Origin: Balanoglossus misakiensis
Lineage: Eukaryota; Animalia; Hemichordata
Direction of reading: 5' to 3'
DNA: 64,000 nt
NCBI GenBank assembly: GCA_040954595.2
Contig: CM082577.2
Span: forward strand, 15,073,903-15,137,902
The position numbers and the translations under genes are program-made. The notes under the pieces are model-generated. The model was given only the letters and a program-made list of their open reading frames with translations, made no database searches and was not told the DNA's origin. The first letter of the stretch is position 1. The number at the start of each line of letters is the position of its first letter. This document shows positions 12,901-25,514 of the stretch, one piece after another.

Positions 12901-15900
12901 TTAGATATGCACATAATTAATGAGTAGAAACATAATGCTGTGTTTTATCCCATGAAATATCATGGTTATATCTATGTTTAGTGCTGATAAAGTGTTAAGT
13001 AGGTCAAAGGTCACCCAGAGGTCACCCATAATTTGGGCAGAAAATTTTGACCCATAGTGGTCCATGTCCAACAAAAACCAGACCTATAGCACTTTTGGTT
13101 AGCCCGGAATTAAGTATGCACATAAATAATGAGTTAAGCAGGTGTCACAGGTGACCCACAACTTTGGCTTTTCATTATGGCCCCATACCTCCAAACGCCA
13201 AGGCTGTATCTGCTGTGGATGCTGATATTTGCAAAAGTAGGTCAAAGGTCACCAGAGGTCACCCAACATTTGGGTAAAATTTTTTGACCCCATACTAGTC
13301 CTGTCCAACAAAAACAAAACCTCTAGGTCTATTGGTTCGCCTGTAATTAGCTATGCACATAATTAATGAGGTCAGCAGGGGTCAAAGGGGTCGTGAAAAG
13401 TAGCAAAAAAATTTGATCACACACTTATCCACATACATCAAAAACCAAACTTATAGCCCTATTGGTTAGCCTGGAATTAGATATGCAGAAAAATGATGCG
13501 TCAAAAGTAGGTCAAAGGTCATTGCCAAAATTACCAAAATATTTATAGCATATTGTAGTCATATGATGATCCATATCCATAAAAAGAATTTCTGTGCTAT
13601 CAATTTTTAGGCTAGAAAGGGAATTTTTACTTTTTAATCGTTTTTCACAAAATCCAATATGGCCGCCATAATCTTCGACCAATCACATTCCTCTTCGCAA
13701 ACTTGATAGACATCTGGTGAATGACCACACACACAAAATCTTGTGACTCGGTTATCACCGGTTCTCGAGAAGAAGATTTTTGAAATTTTACTAGGGTTTT
13801 TCGAAAATCCAATATGGCCGCCATAATCTTCGACCAATCACAATGATCTTCGCAAACTTGATAGACATCAGTTAGGTGACCACATACCCCAAACCCCGTG
13901 TCTCGGTTATCACCGGTTCTAGAGAAGAAGATTTTTGAAATTTAAGCCAGATTTCAGAAAAAAAATTGTAGCAAAAAAACTGCAACATTGACAGCATAAT
14001 TTCCAATTACAAAAATGTTTGACAGAAGGTAGTCTACCTGCACGCCAAATTTGAAGTCGATCTGACTTGTAGTTTCTGAGATCTGAGATTTGCATTTTTT
14101 CAGAAAATCCAAGATGGCCGCCAGGTCATGTGACTAATTAAAAATTCATGGGTTCAATGCACGACTACTCATTGACCTTGACCACTGTAGCAAGTTTGAG
14201 AACTGTACCTGCAGTGGTGTCTGAGATCTAGAGCGACAAAGAAATGACAGAAGAATAAAGAAAGAAGAAAGAAAGACAGAAATATAGCTGCAAGCAGCGA
14301 TGACGGGCACAAGCTTAAGCCGAAGGTCAAAGGTCATATGTGGTCGCCCAAAATTTGGGCAAAAAGTTTTGATCCCAATACTAGTCCAGGTCCAACAGAA
14401 ACTAGACCTCTAGCCCTATTGGCTTGTCTGAAATTAGATATGCGCATAATGAATGATGTAAAGTGTAAGACTCCATTAATAGTTCGATCCATCCAAACAC
14501 AAATGCTGTACCTGTTCTGGATGCCGAGATATAGGAAAGTAGGTCAAAGGTCACCTGAGGCCACCCGAAAGTTGGGCAAAAATTTTTGACCCCATACTAG
14601 TCCAGGTCCAACAAAAACCAGACCTCTAGCCCTATTGGCTCGCCTAGAATTAGATATGCACATAATTAATGAGGTAAAGTATAAGGCTCCATTAGGAGTT
14701 CCATGCCTCCAAATGCAATGCCTGTATCTGCGTGGGTTGCCGAGATATGGTAAAGTAGGTCAAAGGTCACCTGAGGTCAACCAAAATTGGGCAAGAAATT
14801 TTAACCCCATACTGGTCCATGTTCAACAAAAATCAAACCTCTAGCCCTATTGGCTAGCCTGGAATTAGGTATGCACATAATTAATGAGATAAGCAGGTGT
14901 CACAGGTGACCCCCAATTTTGTCTTTTCAATTTTAGTCACAACCCTCCATATGCCAAGTCTGTACCTGCTGTGGATGCCAAGATATATGAAAGTAGGTCA
15001 AAGGTCACCTGAGGTCACCCAAAATTTGGGCAAACATTTTTGATCCCATACTGGTCCATGTCCCACAAGAACAAAACCTCTAGCTGTATTAGTTAGCCTG
15101 GAATTAGGTATGCACATAATTAATGAGTTAAGCAGGTGTTACAGGTGAGCCGAAAATTTTGCCTTTTATTGTGGTCCCATTCTGCTCACGGGCCAATAGA
15201 GAGTCACTGTACAGGACCATTGCACAGACGTGGACATAGCGTCATAGCTTAACTATAGAAAGTATAGGCCCATGGCTGGGTCCAAAAAATATGAAATATA
15301 ATATTTAAAAATCTTCTTCTCAAAATTGACTTGGCCCAGAGCCTTGAAATTTAGCATGTAGGACACTGACCATATGGTCCGCAAAATGATTGCACAGAAT
15401 TTTGATATCGTCATTCATATGCAAATTAGGCCCATTTGAAAACTTTGCCCATATATGGTCATCAGGTCATGTGACTAATTACACATTCACGAGGGTACTG
15501 CACGAGCTCTCATAGACCTGCACCATTGTGCCAAGTTTGAGATTTGTAGGTTCAGCCGTTTTCAAGATCTACCTGAGCAAAAAAACTACACAAGAAAAAA
15601 AAAAAAAAAAAAAAAAAAAAGATGAAAAACCCCAGTAATACCAATAGGGCACAAGCCTGCTTGGCTTGTGCCCTAAAAACCCCAACGAAACCAATAGGGC
15701 CCAAGCGCTGGTATGCGCTTGGGCCCTAAAAACCCCAACGAAACCAATAGGGCCCAAGCGCTGGCTTGCGCTTGGGCCCTAAAAAACCCCAACGAAACCA
15801 ATAGGGCCCAAGCGCTGGCTTGCGCTTGGGCCCTAAAGAAGAAAGAAAGACAGAAAAACCCCAACGAAACCAATAGGGCCCAAGCGCTTGCTTGCGCTTG

Positions 15901-15908
15901 GGCCCTAA
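3921..15908 (-). mobile_element. Array of 8 ~1.4 kb non-autonomous element bodies plus 7 hairpin end-caps (family uncertain; Crypton-like or Helentron-like)
   Basis: Bodies start with attaaagctgcaagcagcattgtc(c)gggcccaagc at 3921, 5575, 6996, 8419, 9981, 11414, 12846 and a variant at 14282; internal ~240 and ~180 bp subrepeats; ~54 bp palindromic caps at 9848-9955 (x2) and 15625-15908 (x5). Confidence 0.85.
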
Positions 15909-17208
15909 AAACACGTTTAATAATGCAAAACAAAAGACGTACGTTGTTGGTTTGCATTGTTTATTGACCCTGACTTAATGTGAGATGGACCAGTTAGCCA
16001 TTCTGTAATCTTTCAAGCGGTTGAAAGCAGAGTCTTTATTGTGTAAGACCTGTAATTCATTTCCCACAGACTACTATGGTAGAGTTGGAATAAATACTCT
16101 TATTTTATAACGTTCCACAGCGAACCGAATCCTACTAACTGCAGTCAGGTCAGGGTCTGTTTGTGCACAGTCTAAATATTCGTGTAGGCAAGTCCACGGA
16201 TTTTTTTTTTCGGGAGAGATCAAAATAGCGCCCCAGTGGTAATTTCGACGAAAATGCATGCCAACACTAACCTTGCACTACTCTGATGCGTATAACAAAA
16301 TTACACCACATTCTCTCACACAATTGGGAATTTTGATTGCATCTCAGGATGCTTTCTCCAAAACTCCTACATATCCATGACCAATACTATTGATCACCAA
16401 TTCAACTTTTGCGGGAAGAGATTTTCATGTGACCCTAAGACAACAACACATGGCCAATCGCGTTAAACGGCATAAAATTACAATTTTGTTAAACTCTGCG
16501 CCAAATAATGCTTTTTCATACAAAGCTTGACAAATTATTAATTTGTAAGCAAATCGTTGCAACGGCAATTAAGCAAATCTCGCGAGATATCGCTATGAGT
16601 GAAAAATAATCAATTAACATAAGTGTTTAAAAATCATTCCCAACGAAGAACAAATCAAATCGATGCCGTGTTATTCAAGACAAAGTTGAAGGGGCATATG
16701 TTATGCACAGCTGACCCCGCGTTGGTTCCCTTATGTTTGCCGATAAACAGTTACTACGTGCACAGGCGAGAGGTCTCTTATTTATATCAAGAGAAATGAC
16801 TACATCAACAATACTATCTCGCATATATTGCCTTCATTGTCAGTATTGATTGGTTTCTGGGTTTTGTTTCGAATGCGCCGAATACACAGTAAAATGAAAG
16901 ACAGACGCACTGACAGGCATAATGTAGAGTGGTTGTCACAGCAACGTGACAGATTAGAGTGCATGTATGAACGTACGTGTCACCAGGTAGCTTCATGGTG
17001 TCACCGACCTTTATACAGTCAAGAAATACTAGCAAAGTGGAGTCTTCCAAATGTTTTATTTCGGTCATACAGGTACACGTTTTGCTGGATTTGTTTATCT
17101 AAGTCGGCACTCTTATCAAGCAATATGCATGTGGATTGTTTCTATTGGTTACCACAGCATAGAAGACAGTGACCGGTCATTTTTTCCTCTGTCCGGTCTT
17201 CCCGATAA

Positions 17209-17534
17209 GGCCAAATAAAAAAATGTGTGCTGTTCCGATTACATGGTTTTCAAAAATTGGGCAGGTGGGTTGGTAGGTGGGGAATTTTTTTTATCTTATA
17301 TTTTTTTCATTTCTCAGTCCGCTGTAGTGTGGACGAATGACGTCATATTGTTTGTGCGATGCGCACGATTTCGCAATAGGTCTGGCGTGATTCGCGCAAT
17401 TTTCAAAAATTTTGTATATATTTGACATCGTTATTTTTACTTCAGGGTTTACGAAGGTTTAAAAAGTTTAAGGTCGGCGGGTTAAAATTAGGGTAGGTCG
17501 GGTAATCGGAACAGCACATCATTTTTAATTGACC
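17209..17534. mobile_element. Harbinger/Tourist-like MITE, family 1 copy 1
   Basis: TIRs ggccaaa...tgctgttccgattac / gtaatcggaacagca...ttgacc; TAA on both flanks; homologous to 30521 and 48177 copies. Confidence 0.8.
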
Positions 17535-20500
17535 TAATCAGTAAGTGATGACAGAGGGCGTTGCCAATCAAGACGTGAAGTATACGCACGGTTCAAATGA
17601 AGTAACAATTGGGGGGAGGGGTCTTTCATAGTTGCAATGTCCATTTATTACAATATGTACACATATTTTCCCTGCATTTGGTATTCAAGAAATCTGTTCG
17701 AAAACTGCATGTCGCTCATATTTAATGGTACTTCGCAACCAACTTCAACAGACACAAGCACTACATTCGTCATCACATGAACTTGGTGTGGGACAGGGTC
17801 ACCATTTTGTTTTAAAATTGAAATTTTATATCTTTATTTCTTCAAATTTTATCACATAGTCGGCTAGTCTCGCCAGCCATATCCCCGGTACCTGCGTCTT
17901 GAATACATTCTCGGATAAAGTGCGCCACGGGCGGCTGCACTGCGGGTTGCTTTCTATCGCGTCTGCGCTGCTCACCTGTGCATTCAAGCACAGAGGCATG
18001 TAGGTTCGCCTAGTCTGGCTGTAGTTAGACTATTGTTGAATTCCAGAAAGTGGTAAATGTTTATATAATTATTGTTGGTGCTCTCTTTAAAATAAACGCC
18101 CGTACAAAATATTTGGATGACCAATACACATGTTCAAGTTTTTGAGCCGTTCATTCTGAAATTCCACAACACAGTATTATATTAACGAAGATTAACAACA
18201 CAGTATGTCAAGTGTTTAAACATTCTCAAGTTTGGGTAATGCTTTGTAACGGTAAAGGTGATTCGCACATCAATATAGGTTACACGACCATTTGTTGAGT
18301 GACCGTCTTTAAATTAGTGTTGTTTACCGAAACACATGTTCGAAAATTGAGGTCTGGCACACTTCAAACCGGGTCTGACCGGTTTGAAATATTGAAATAG
18401 ATGAAGCTCAATAGTCTGTCGTTTAAACGCTATTTCTTTTGTGTTTGCTATCATTCATTAACGTGAAACGTGTCCTTAATTGGGTGCAACTAGCCATAGA
18501 TAGTACAGACTTCACGAATATGTCTTCGCCATGAACCAATATTGATCACTTTGTGCTCAGCGAATTCAATTACATGAAATAAATGGAGCCACGCAAAAAG
18601 CTTGGAAACGATTTGACATTTTATCCACCGACTAGCAACAAGACAATGCATGACCCAATGTCTAGATATCGCAGCTTTGATTTGGCATCATTTGAGCAGT
18701 AAATGTGAGGTTAAAGCTATATTGGCTCCACAAATCAATTGCTCAACTTTGGTGAGACAGACCTTTTTCCGAGTGTGAACTTTTCACCTAAAGGTTGGGC
18801 AGAATCAGATAAAGTTAACGATTGACTTTAGAGTCATTAATTTAACCTCCATACACAATCAACCAAACATGAAACGCGAACGTGCAGACTCTGCCATATT
18901 TAATCCCTCTGAATGACCCCCCGTCGTACTATTTGTATTCGGCCATCAAACAAACCGCGGCTTTGTTTCCATCGTGTATCTTCTACTTGTATATTGTAAA
19001 TATTCGTCTGTCAAACGGACAAGAAGTTTATGCAAACAAACGTATAACATTAAGGGGGTTCAGACAGGACAATTCACGGCGGTGTAGCACCGCGCCTGGA
19101 CCGGTGTAAAAAATAACCGAAATTGGACACGCTGCGTCGGCCTTGGGGCGACTTGTGTGTTCCTGGTAGGAAGGGGGGTTCGGGGCCGACGCAAATTCGC
19201 GTGTGAGGACGCCTTACGTCGGCCTTGTTGACGCAGTCACATGTTCATATGCGGTAAAGCAGCGTGTGAATGGCGATTTGTTTTGGGTAACGATGGAGAC
19301 ACAATCCCATTTGGCCCAAATTCAGGTACCAGTGTAGTGCAGACACGCAGCAAATCTATTCCCCAAAAGGACAGTCACTTTATCTCGCCCTGAATTTCAG
19401 TCCGATTGATTAAAGTGAACAACGCTCAAATGGACACCCGTGTATAATAGATTTAATTGGTTTGAATTCATCCGGGACGTGAAACAGAATTCAAGAAATT
19501 AATTTAGCGCTGACCTACTTTTAGAGATATGTTTGTTACTCATCAAAGACAACTGACAAATTTGGTGGTTCATCTGGAAACCAGATATTTGGTCCGCCGA
19601 AAACCCCATTTTTAAATTTATAAAGAGTATTTGGAAATATCTAAAAATCAATATTTTATTAGACTCAGGAGCTTGCATGTAAAGTAAAAATAAATTTATT
19701 GCGTTATGTATCTGTTGCGTTAGTTAGGCCTTGTTCTTCATTGTTGACATTCTCTATAAAAGTCCACGATTTAATAATGGTGAATATCACATTGAACGAA
19801 TGAAGTGCCGTTTTCTCCCGCTGTGAGTAGTTTTTCAACAGACAAAATTATTAAATTATAAGGAAAGTCAATTTCATTCGAAATGGAATATCTTGAGAAG
19901 AATGTCAATAGCTCTTTTTTGCATTGTAAAAAAATAATCCCTTGGTTTGTCTCATAGTGTGAAAAACAACCAAAATTATCATATAAGCTGCAGTGCCAAC
20001 TTTAAACATGAAAATGGTCCATTTAAGTACAGTGACTGTCGTACGTTGGTTTGGCTAGGCAAAGTTTTCCCTACGTGCTATTACCAACGTACTTCACCAG
20101 AGATTCGTGGGTGTGTGGTAAATTTGGCTACATGCCAAGTTTGTCATATACTGGTTCGATCATCGGATACTCGTACTATTCTTAATCACAGACGCGATAA
20201 CAGACGACAAATGTAAAATAAGCAACAAACATCCCGCGTTGAATTCGTCAAATTTCCATGTTAGATTATTATTAATGTTAGAAAATTGCGTCATCAGGGA
20301 TGAGACAGAATTCCCGCTGCATTAGGTACTATTCCAATCCAACATTATGCGTGGGGAATACCGTGCGTATATACTGTAAAACGGGACAGGAAATGTTCGC
20401 GATATCAAAATAGGCAACTGTTATGCGAGGATTAATTTTCGCATTCTTGTATTTCTCTCCATTGGTACCTCTGATATATAAAATTACGCCACTTTTTATT

Positions 20501-22277
20501 TTCACGTTTTTTGACTCTCGCGTATTTCGTGAAAATGTATTGCTCGCGAAAAAAAAACGTTTTACAGTATACATCAAAGCTCTTATACATAGGAATGAAA
20601 CATGATAAGTGCTATCATTGGACTCAATGAAAATAATTTGTGATTTACGCCTGCATGCATTTGGACGACTCAGCGTTTTTTATCTGCATCCAATGTTCAA
20701 GCTTTGGCAGATTTATTCGGGCATTCCTTAATGATTGATGGGACACTGCAACAAGTTGAGACCGGCGCATGTGCAGACAAAGCCGACCATGGCTTCTCTG
20801 CATGGCTGGGCACTTTAACGGACAAGTACTGCGTCCGGGGTATTTCAGCTATGCCACAGCAAACAATAGACTATTTGTGTGCATCCCTGTAATTGTTTGT
20901 GGAAAGACAAGTTCAAATGCACCAAATAGATGAGTGAATACTACATGCTTGGTTTATTTCTCTGTTAAGAATTGCCAAGTTTTAAGGCATTTGTTAAAAT
21001 TTGACACGGTGTCTCTTTTTCTTCACATAAAGTTGCATTCATTCAAGCCCCCGTGTACTCATATTAAGTCGGCCTTGATGTTGCAGTATTCTTGGTAACT
21101 GTCCAAAAATACCGATATGACGTAAGATTTATTGTTTAATTAATATTCAGTGGCTTTGTGGCTCAATGCAACAGGCTCTCCCGGTGTGGCCAATGTTTCT
21201 CAAAGGCGCCGCGTACATGTATACGTATTGTGGTGAATTTCACAAAGCCAATAAAGGCGTCGGACACAATGTTAAGAATAGTTTGCCTTTTCAGAACGAT
21301 TTCGGCATTTTAAGGCCTGTGATTACATTTTAATTAAATACGAAGTTAACAACCAAATGTAGGTGGAATTCGAATAACGATGCACCCAAGGCTGGTAGAT
21401 CTGAATTGACGTCAAACTCATTTCTAGACAATTTACGAGGCTTCGGTCGAAATATTACTGAATAAATGACAAAACTTACTAAAACCGCATCAGTCTAAGC
21501 CTGTGTCTACAGGCATAGTAGAGATTAGGGAATTTTAATAATATATTTTATCGTCTGTGAATATGTTTGTACTGTTTTATGTTCTATAGTGCGTTGTCAA
21601 TTACAGTGGCGTTCTCGTTCGTATTGTTTTGCATTGTCGTCTGGTCTAATCATCAATACGTAATGCGTGACCCCGATGAAGGCTGAGTCTGCGTGAACTG
21701 GGTCAAGTAACCCAAATAATTTTAGTGGTTTGCGTCTTCAATTCTTCAGAATAACAACACGTTTCGTTGACTGTTATTCAAATATTTGCATGAACTTGGA
21801 GTCGAGAATTTTCGCGAGAAGCATTGCCTATAGCATTGTTCAGAATCGTATTGTTTTAACATTATGTGAACGATGATTAGGCCTGTTGCAAGACAGTGTT
21901 TGTACTTTGGGAGTTTGAATATTAACCTTTTGTGTACAGCGCCACAATAACCTTTGACAAAGAGAACTAATTGCTGTGTACCCTTATCGTCCTGATAAAT
22001 GCAGCCATTACTACAGGTTGCTCTCGGTAAGCCGGGAATGAAGGTGACCGAAGGTGACTTCATGGCTGAAAAACGATTCAGATATCCCGCATTGTATCGG
22101 ATCGGATCGTAACCAAAATTGTAACAATTGCTTGCGATTTTTAAATCAAAATCTCCCGCACTAACACTATCACTGGTGACTACAATGGATGGGGTCAACA
22201 GTTTTTTGGTCAATGGTGCATTTTGGAGGAATCGGAACACAAACGTCACGATTTCCCTAAAAATAAACTGTACATAC

Positions 22278-25200
22278 CTTGGATTCGATTTGAACATCAG
22301 CTGTTTGTGTTGTTTCTTCATCTTCTTTGATGACTTCTGCAGTTTCTATCCCTTCAGCTTTCTTTTCATCCGTTGGTGCATCTGTTGAAGTGTCTTCAGT
22401 CTTTTCAGTGGTTGCTGTTACTTCATCTTCCGCTGCATCAGTTGCTGGTTCTTCATATTTCTTTTCATCAGCTGGTGCATCTGCTGACGTTTCTTCAGTC
22501 TTTTCAGTGGTTGCTGTTACTTCATCTTCCGCTGCATCAGTTGCTGGTTCTTCATCTTTCTTTCCATCAGCTGGTGCGTCCGCTGACGTTTCTACGGTCT
22601 TTTCAGTGGTTGCTATTACTTCTCCTTCCGCTGCATCAGTTGCTGGTTCTTCCTCTTTCTTTTCATCAGCTACTGCATCTGCTGGCTTTTCTTCAGCCTT
22701 ATCAGTGGTTGCTGTTACTTCATCTTCCGCTGCAGTTGCTGGTTCTTCATCTTTCTTTTCATCTGCTGGTGCATCTGCTGACATTTCTACAGTCTTTTCA
22801 GTGCTTGCTGTTACTTCATCTTCCGCTGCAGTTGCTGGTTCTTCATCTTTCTTTTCATCTGCTGGTGCATCTGCTGACGTTTCTACAGTCTTTTCAGTAG
22901 TTGCTGTTACTTCATCTTCCGCTGCATCAGTTGCTGGTACTTTATCTTTCTTTTCATCAGCTACTGCATCTGCTGGCGTTTCTTCAGCCTTATCAGTGGT
23001 TGCTGTTATTTCATCTTCCGCTGCAGTTGCTGGTTCTTCATCTTTCTTTTCATCTGCTGGTGCATCTGCTGAAGTGTCTTCAGCCTTTTCAGTGGTTGCT
23101 GTTACTTCATCTTCCGCTGTATCAGTTGCTGGTTCTTCATCTTTCATTTCATCAGCTGGTGCATCTGCTGTCGTTTCTACGGTCTTTTCAGTAGTTGCTG
23201 TTACTTCATCTTCCGCTGCATCAGTTGCTGGTTCTTCATCTTTCTTTCCATCAGCTGGTGCATCTGCTGACGTTTCTACGGTCTTTTCAGTAGTTGCTGT
23301 TACTTCATCTTCCGCTGCATCAGTTGCTGGTTCTTCATCTTTCTTTCCATCAGCTGGTGCATCTGCTGACGTTTCTACGGTCTTTTCAGTAGTTGCTGTT
23401 ACTTCATCTTCCGCTGCATCAGTTGCTGGTTCTTCATCTTTCTCTCCATCAGCTGGTGCATCCGCTGACATTTCTACAGTCTTTTCAGTGGGTGTTGTTA
23501 CTTCATCTTCCGCTGCATCAGTTGCTGGTTCTTCATCTTTCTTTCCATCAGCTGGTGCATCCGCTGACGTTTCTACGGTCTTTTCAGTGGTTGTTGTTAC
23601 TTCATCTTCCGCTGCATCAGTTGCTGGTTCTTCATCTTTCTTTTCATCTGCTGGTGCATCTGCTGACGTTTCTACAGTCTTTTCAGTGGTTGTTGTTACT
23701 TCATCTTCCGCTGCATCAGTTGCTGGTTCTTCATCTTTCTTTCCATCAGCTGGTGCATCTGCTAACGTTTCTACGGTCTTTTTAGTGGTTGCTGTTACTT
23801 CATCTTCCGCTGCATCAGTTGCTGGTTCTTCATCTTTCTTTTCATCTGCTGGTGCATCTGCTGACGTTTCTACGGTCTTTTCAGTGGTTGTTGTTACTTC
23901 ATCTTCCGCTGCATCAGTTGCTGGTTCTTCATCTTTCTTTTCATCTGCTGGTGCATCTGCTGACGTTTCTACAGTCTTTTCAGTGGTCGCTGTTACTTCA
24001 TCTTCCGCTGCATCAGTTGCTGGTTCTTCATCTTTCTTTTCATCTGCTGGTGCATCTGCTGAAGTGTCTTCAGTCTTTTCAGTGGTTGCTGTTACTTCAT
24101 CTTCCGCTGCATCAGTTGCTGGTTCTTCATCTTTCTTTCCATCAGCTGGTGCATCTGCTAACGTTTCTACGGTCTTTTCAGTGGTTGTTGTTACTTCATC
24201 TTCCGCTGCATCAGTTGCTGGTTCTCCATCTTTCTTTCCATCAGCTGGTGCATCTGCTGACGTTTCTACGGTCTTTTCGGTGGTTGCTGCTACTTCATCT
24301 TCCGCTGCATCAGTTGCTGGTTCTTCATCTTTCTTTTCATCTACTGGTGCATCTGCTGACGTTTCTACAGTCTTTTCAGTGGTTGCTGTTACTTCATCTT
24401 CCGCTGCATCAGTTGCTGGTTCTTCATCTTTCTTTTCATCTGCTGGTGCATCTGCTGACGTTTCTACAGTCTTTTCAGTGGTTGCTGTTACTTCATCTTC
24501 CGCTGCATCAGTTGCTGGTTCTTCATCTTTCTTTTCATCTGCTGGTGCATCTGCTGACGTTTCTACAGTCTTTTCAGTGGTCGCTGTTACTTCATCTTCC
24601 GCTGCATCAGTTGCTGGTTCTTCATCTTTCTTTTCATCTGCTGGTGCATCTGCTGACGTTTCTACAGTCTTTTCAGTGGTCGCTGTTACTTCATCTTCCG
24701 CTGCATCAGTTGCTGGTTCTTCATCTTTCTTTTCATCTGCTGGTGCATCTGCTGGTGTTTCTACAGTCTTTTCAGTGCTTGCTGTTACTTCATCTTCCGC
24801 TGCATCAGTTGCTGGTTCTTCATCTTTCTTTCCATCAGCTGGTGCATCTGCTGACGTTTCTACAGTCTTTTCAGTGGTTGTTGTTACTTCATCTTCCGAT
24901 GCACCAGTTGCTGGTTCTTCATCTTTCTTTTCATCTGCTGGTGCATCTGCTGACATTTCTACAGTCTTTTCAGTGCTTGCTGTTACTTCATCTTCCGCTG
25001 CAGTTGCTGGTTCTTCATCTTTCTTTCCATCAGCTGGTGCATCTGCTGACATTTCTACAGTCTTTTCAGTGGTTGTTGTTACTTCATCTTCCGCTGCACC
25101 AGTTGCTGGTTCTTCATCTTTCTTTCCATCAGCTGGTGCATCTGCTGACATTTCTACAGTCTTTTCAGTGCTTGCTGTTACTTCATCTTCCGCTGCAGTT

Positions 25201-25514
25201 GCTGGTTCTTCATCTTTCTTTCCATCAGCTGGTGCATCTGCTGACATTTCTACAGTCTTTTCAGTGCTTGCTGTTACTTCATCTTCCGCTGCACCAGTTG
25301 CTGGTTCTTCATCTTTCTTTTCATCTGCTGGTGCATCTGCTGACATTTCTACAGTCTTTTCAGTGCTTGCTGTTACTTCACCTTCGGCGGTGTCTTCTTT
25401 ATCGTGTGATAACTCAGGAGGGGTCCCAACTCCTTGTCTGTCCCCTGTTTCAACATTTTTCTCTGTATCAGCCATTCGTTTTCGGGATCTAAACGAAGAG
25501 AAAAGTCGATCCAT
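22278..25514 (-). CDS. Giant acidic tandem-repeat exon (1079 codons, ~31 x 32-33 aa repeats); probable first coding exon (head) of the IF gene
   Basis: ATG at 25514, uninterrupted ORF of ADAPADEKKDEEPATDAAEDEVTATTEKTVETS-type repeats with unique N- and C-flanks; strong phase-0 donor TCC AAG|gtatgt at 22278/22277, 6 codons before the ORF stop. Confidence 0.8.
22340..25380 (-). repeat. Coding 99/96-bp tandem repeat (~31 units)
   Basis: Direct inspection; indels are whole codons so frame is preserved. Confidence 0.95.

Noticed and set aside
4954-14844. Recurrent short ORFs in the 1.4 kb units
   Set aside because: Not conserved in frame among copies; no transposase, recombinase or helicase motifs
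15625-15908. CRISPR-like palindromic direct repeats
   Set aside because: No unique spacers, no cas genes, eukaryotic context; better explained as stacked element ends
21746-22321. 191-aa minus-strand ORF after the repeat exon
   Set aside because: Different frame, no recognisable motif, and its best acceptor is phase 1, incompatible with the phase-0 donor at 22278
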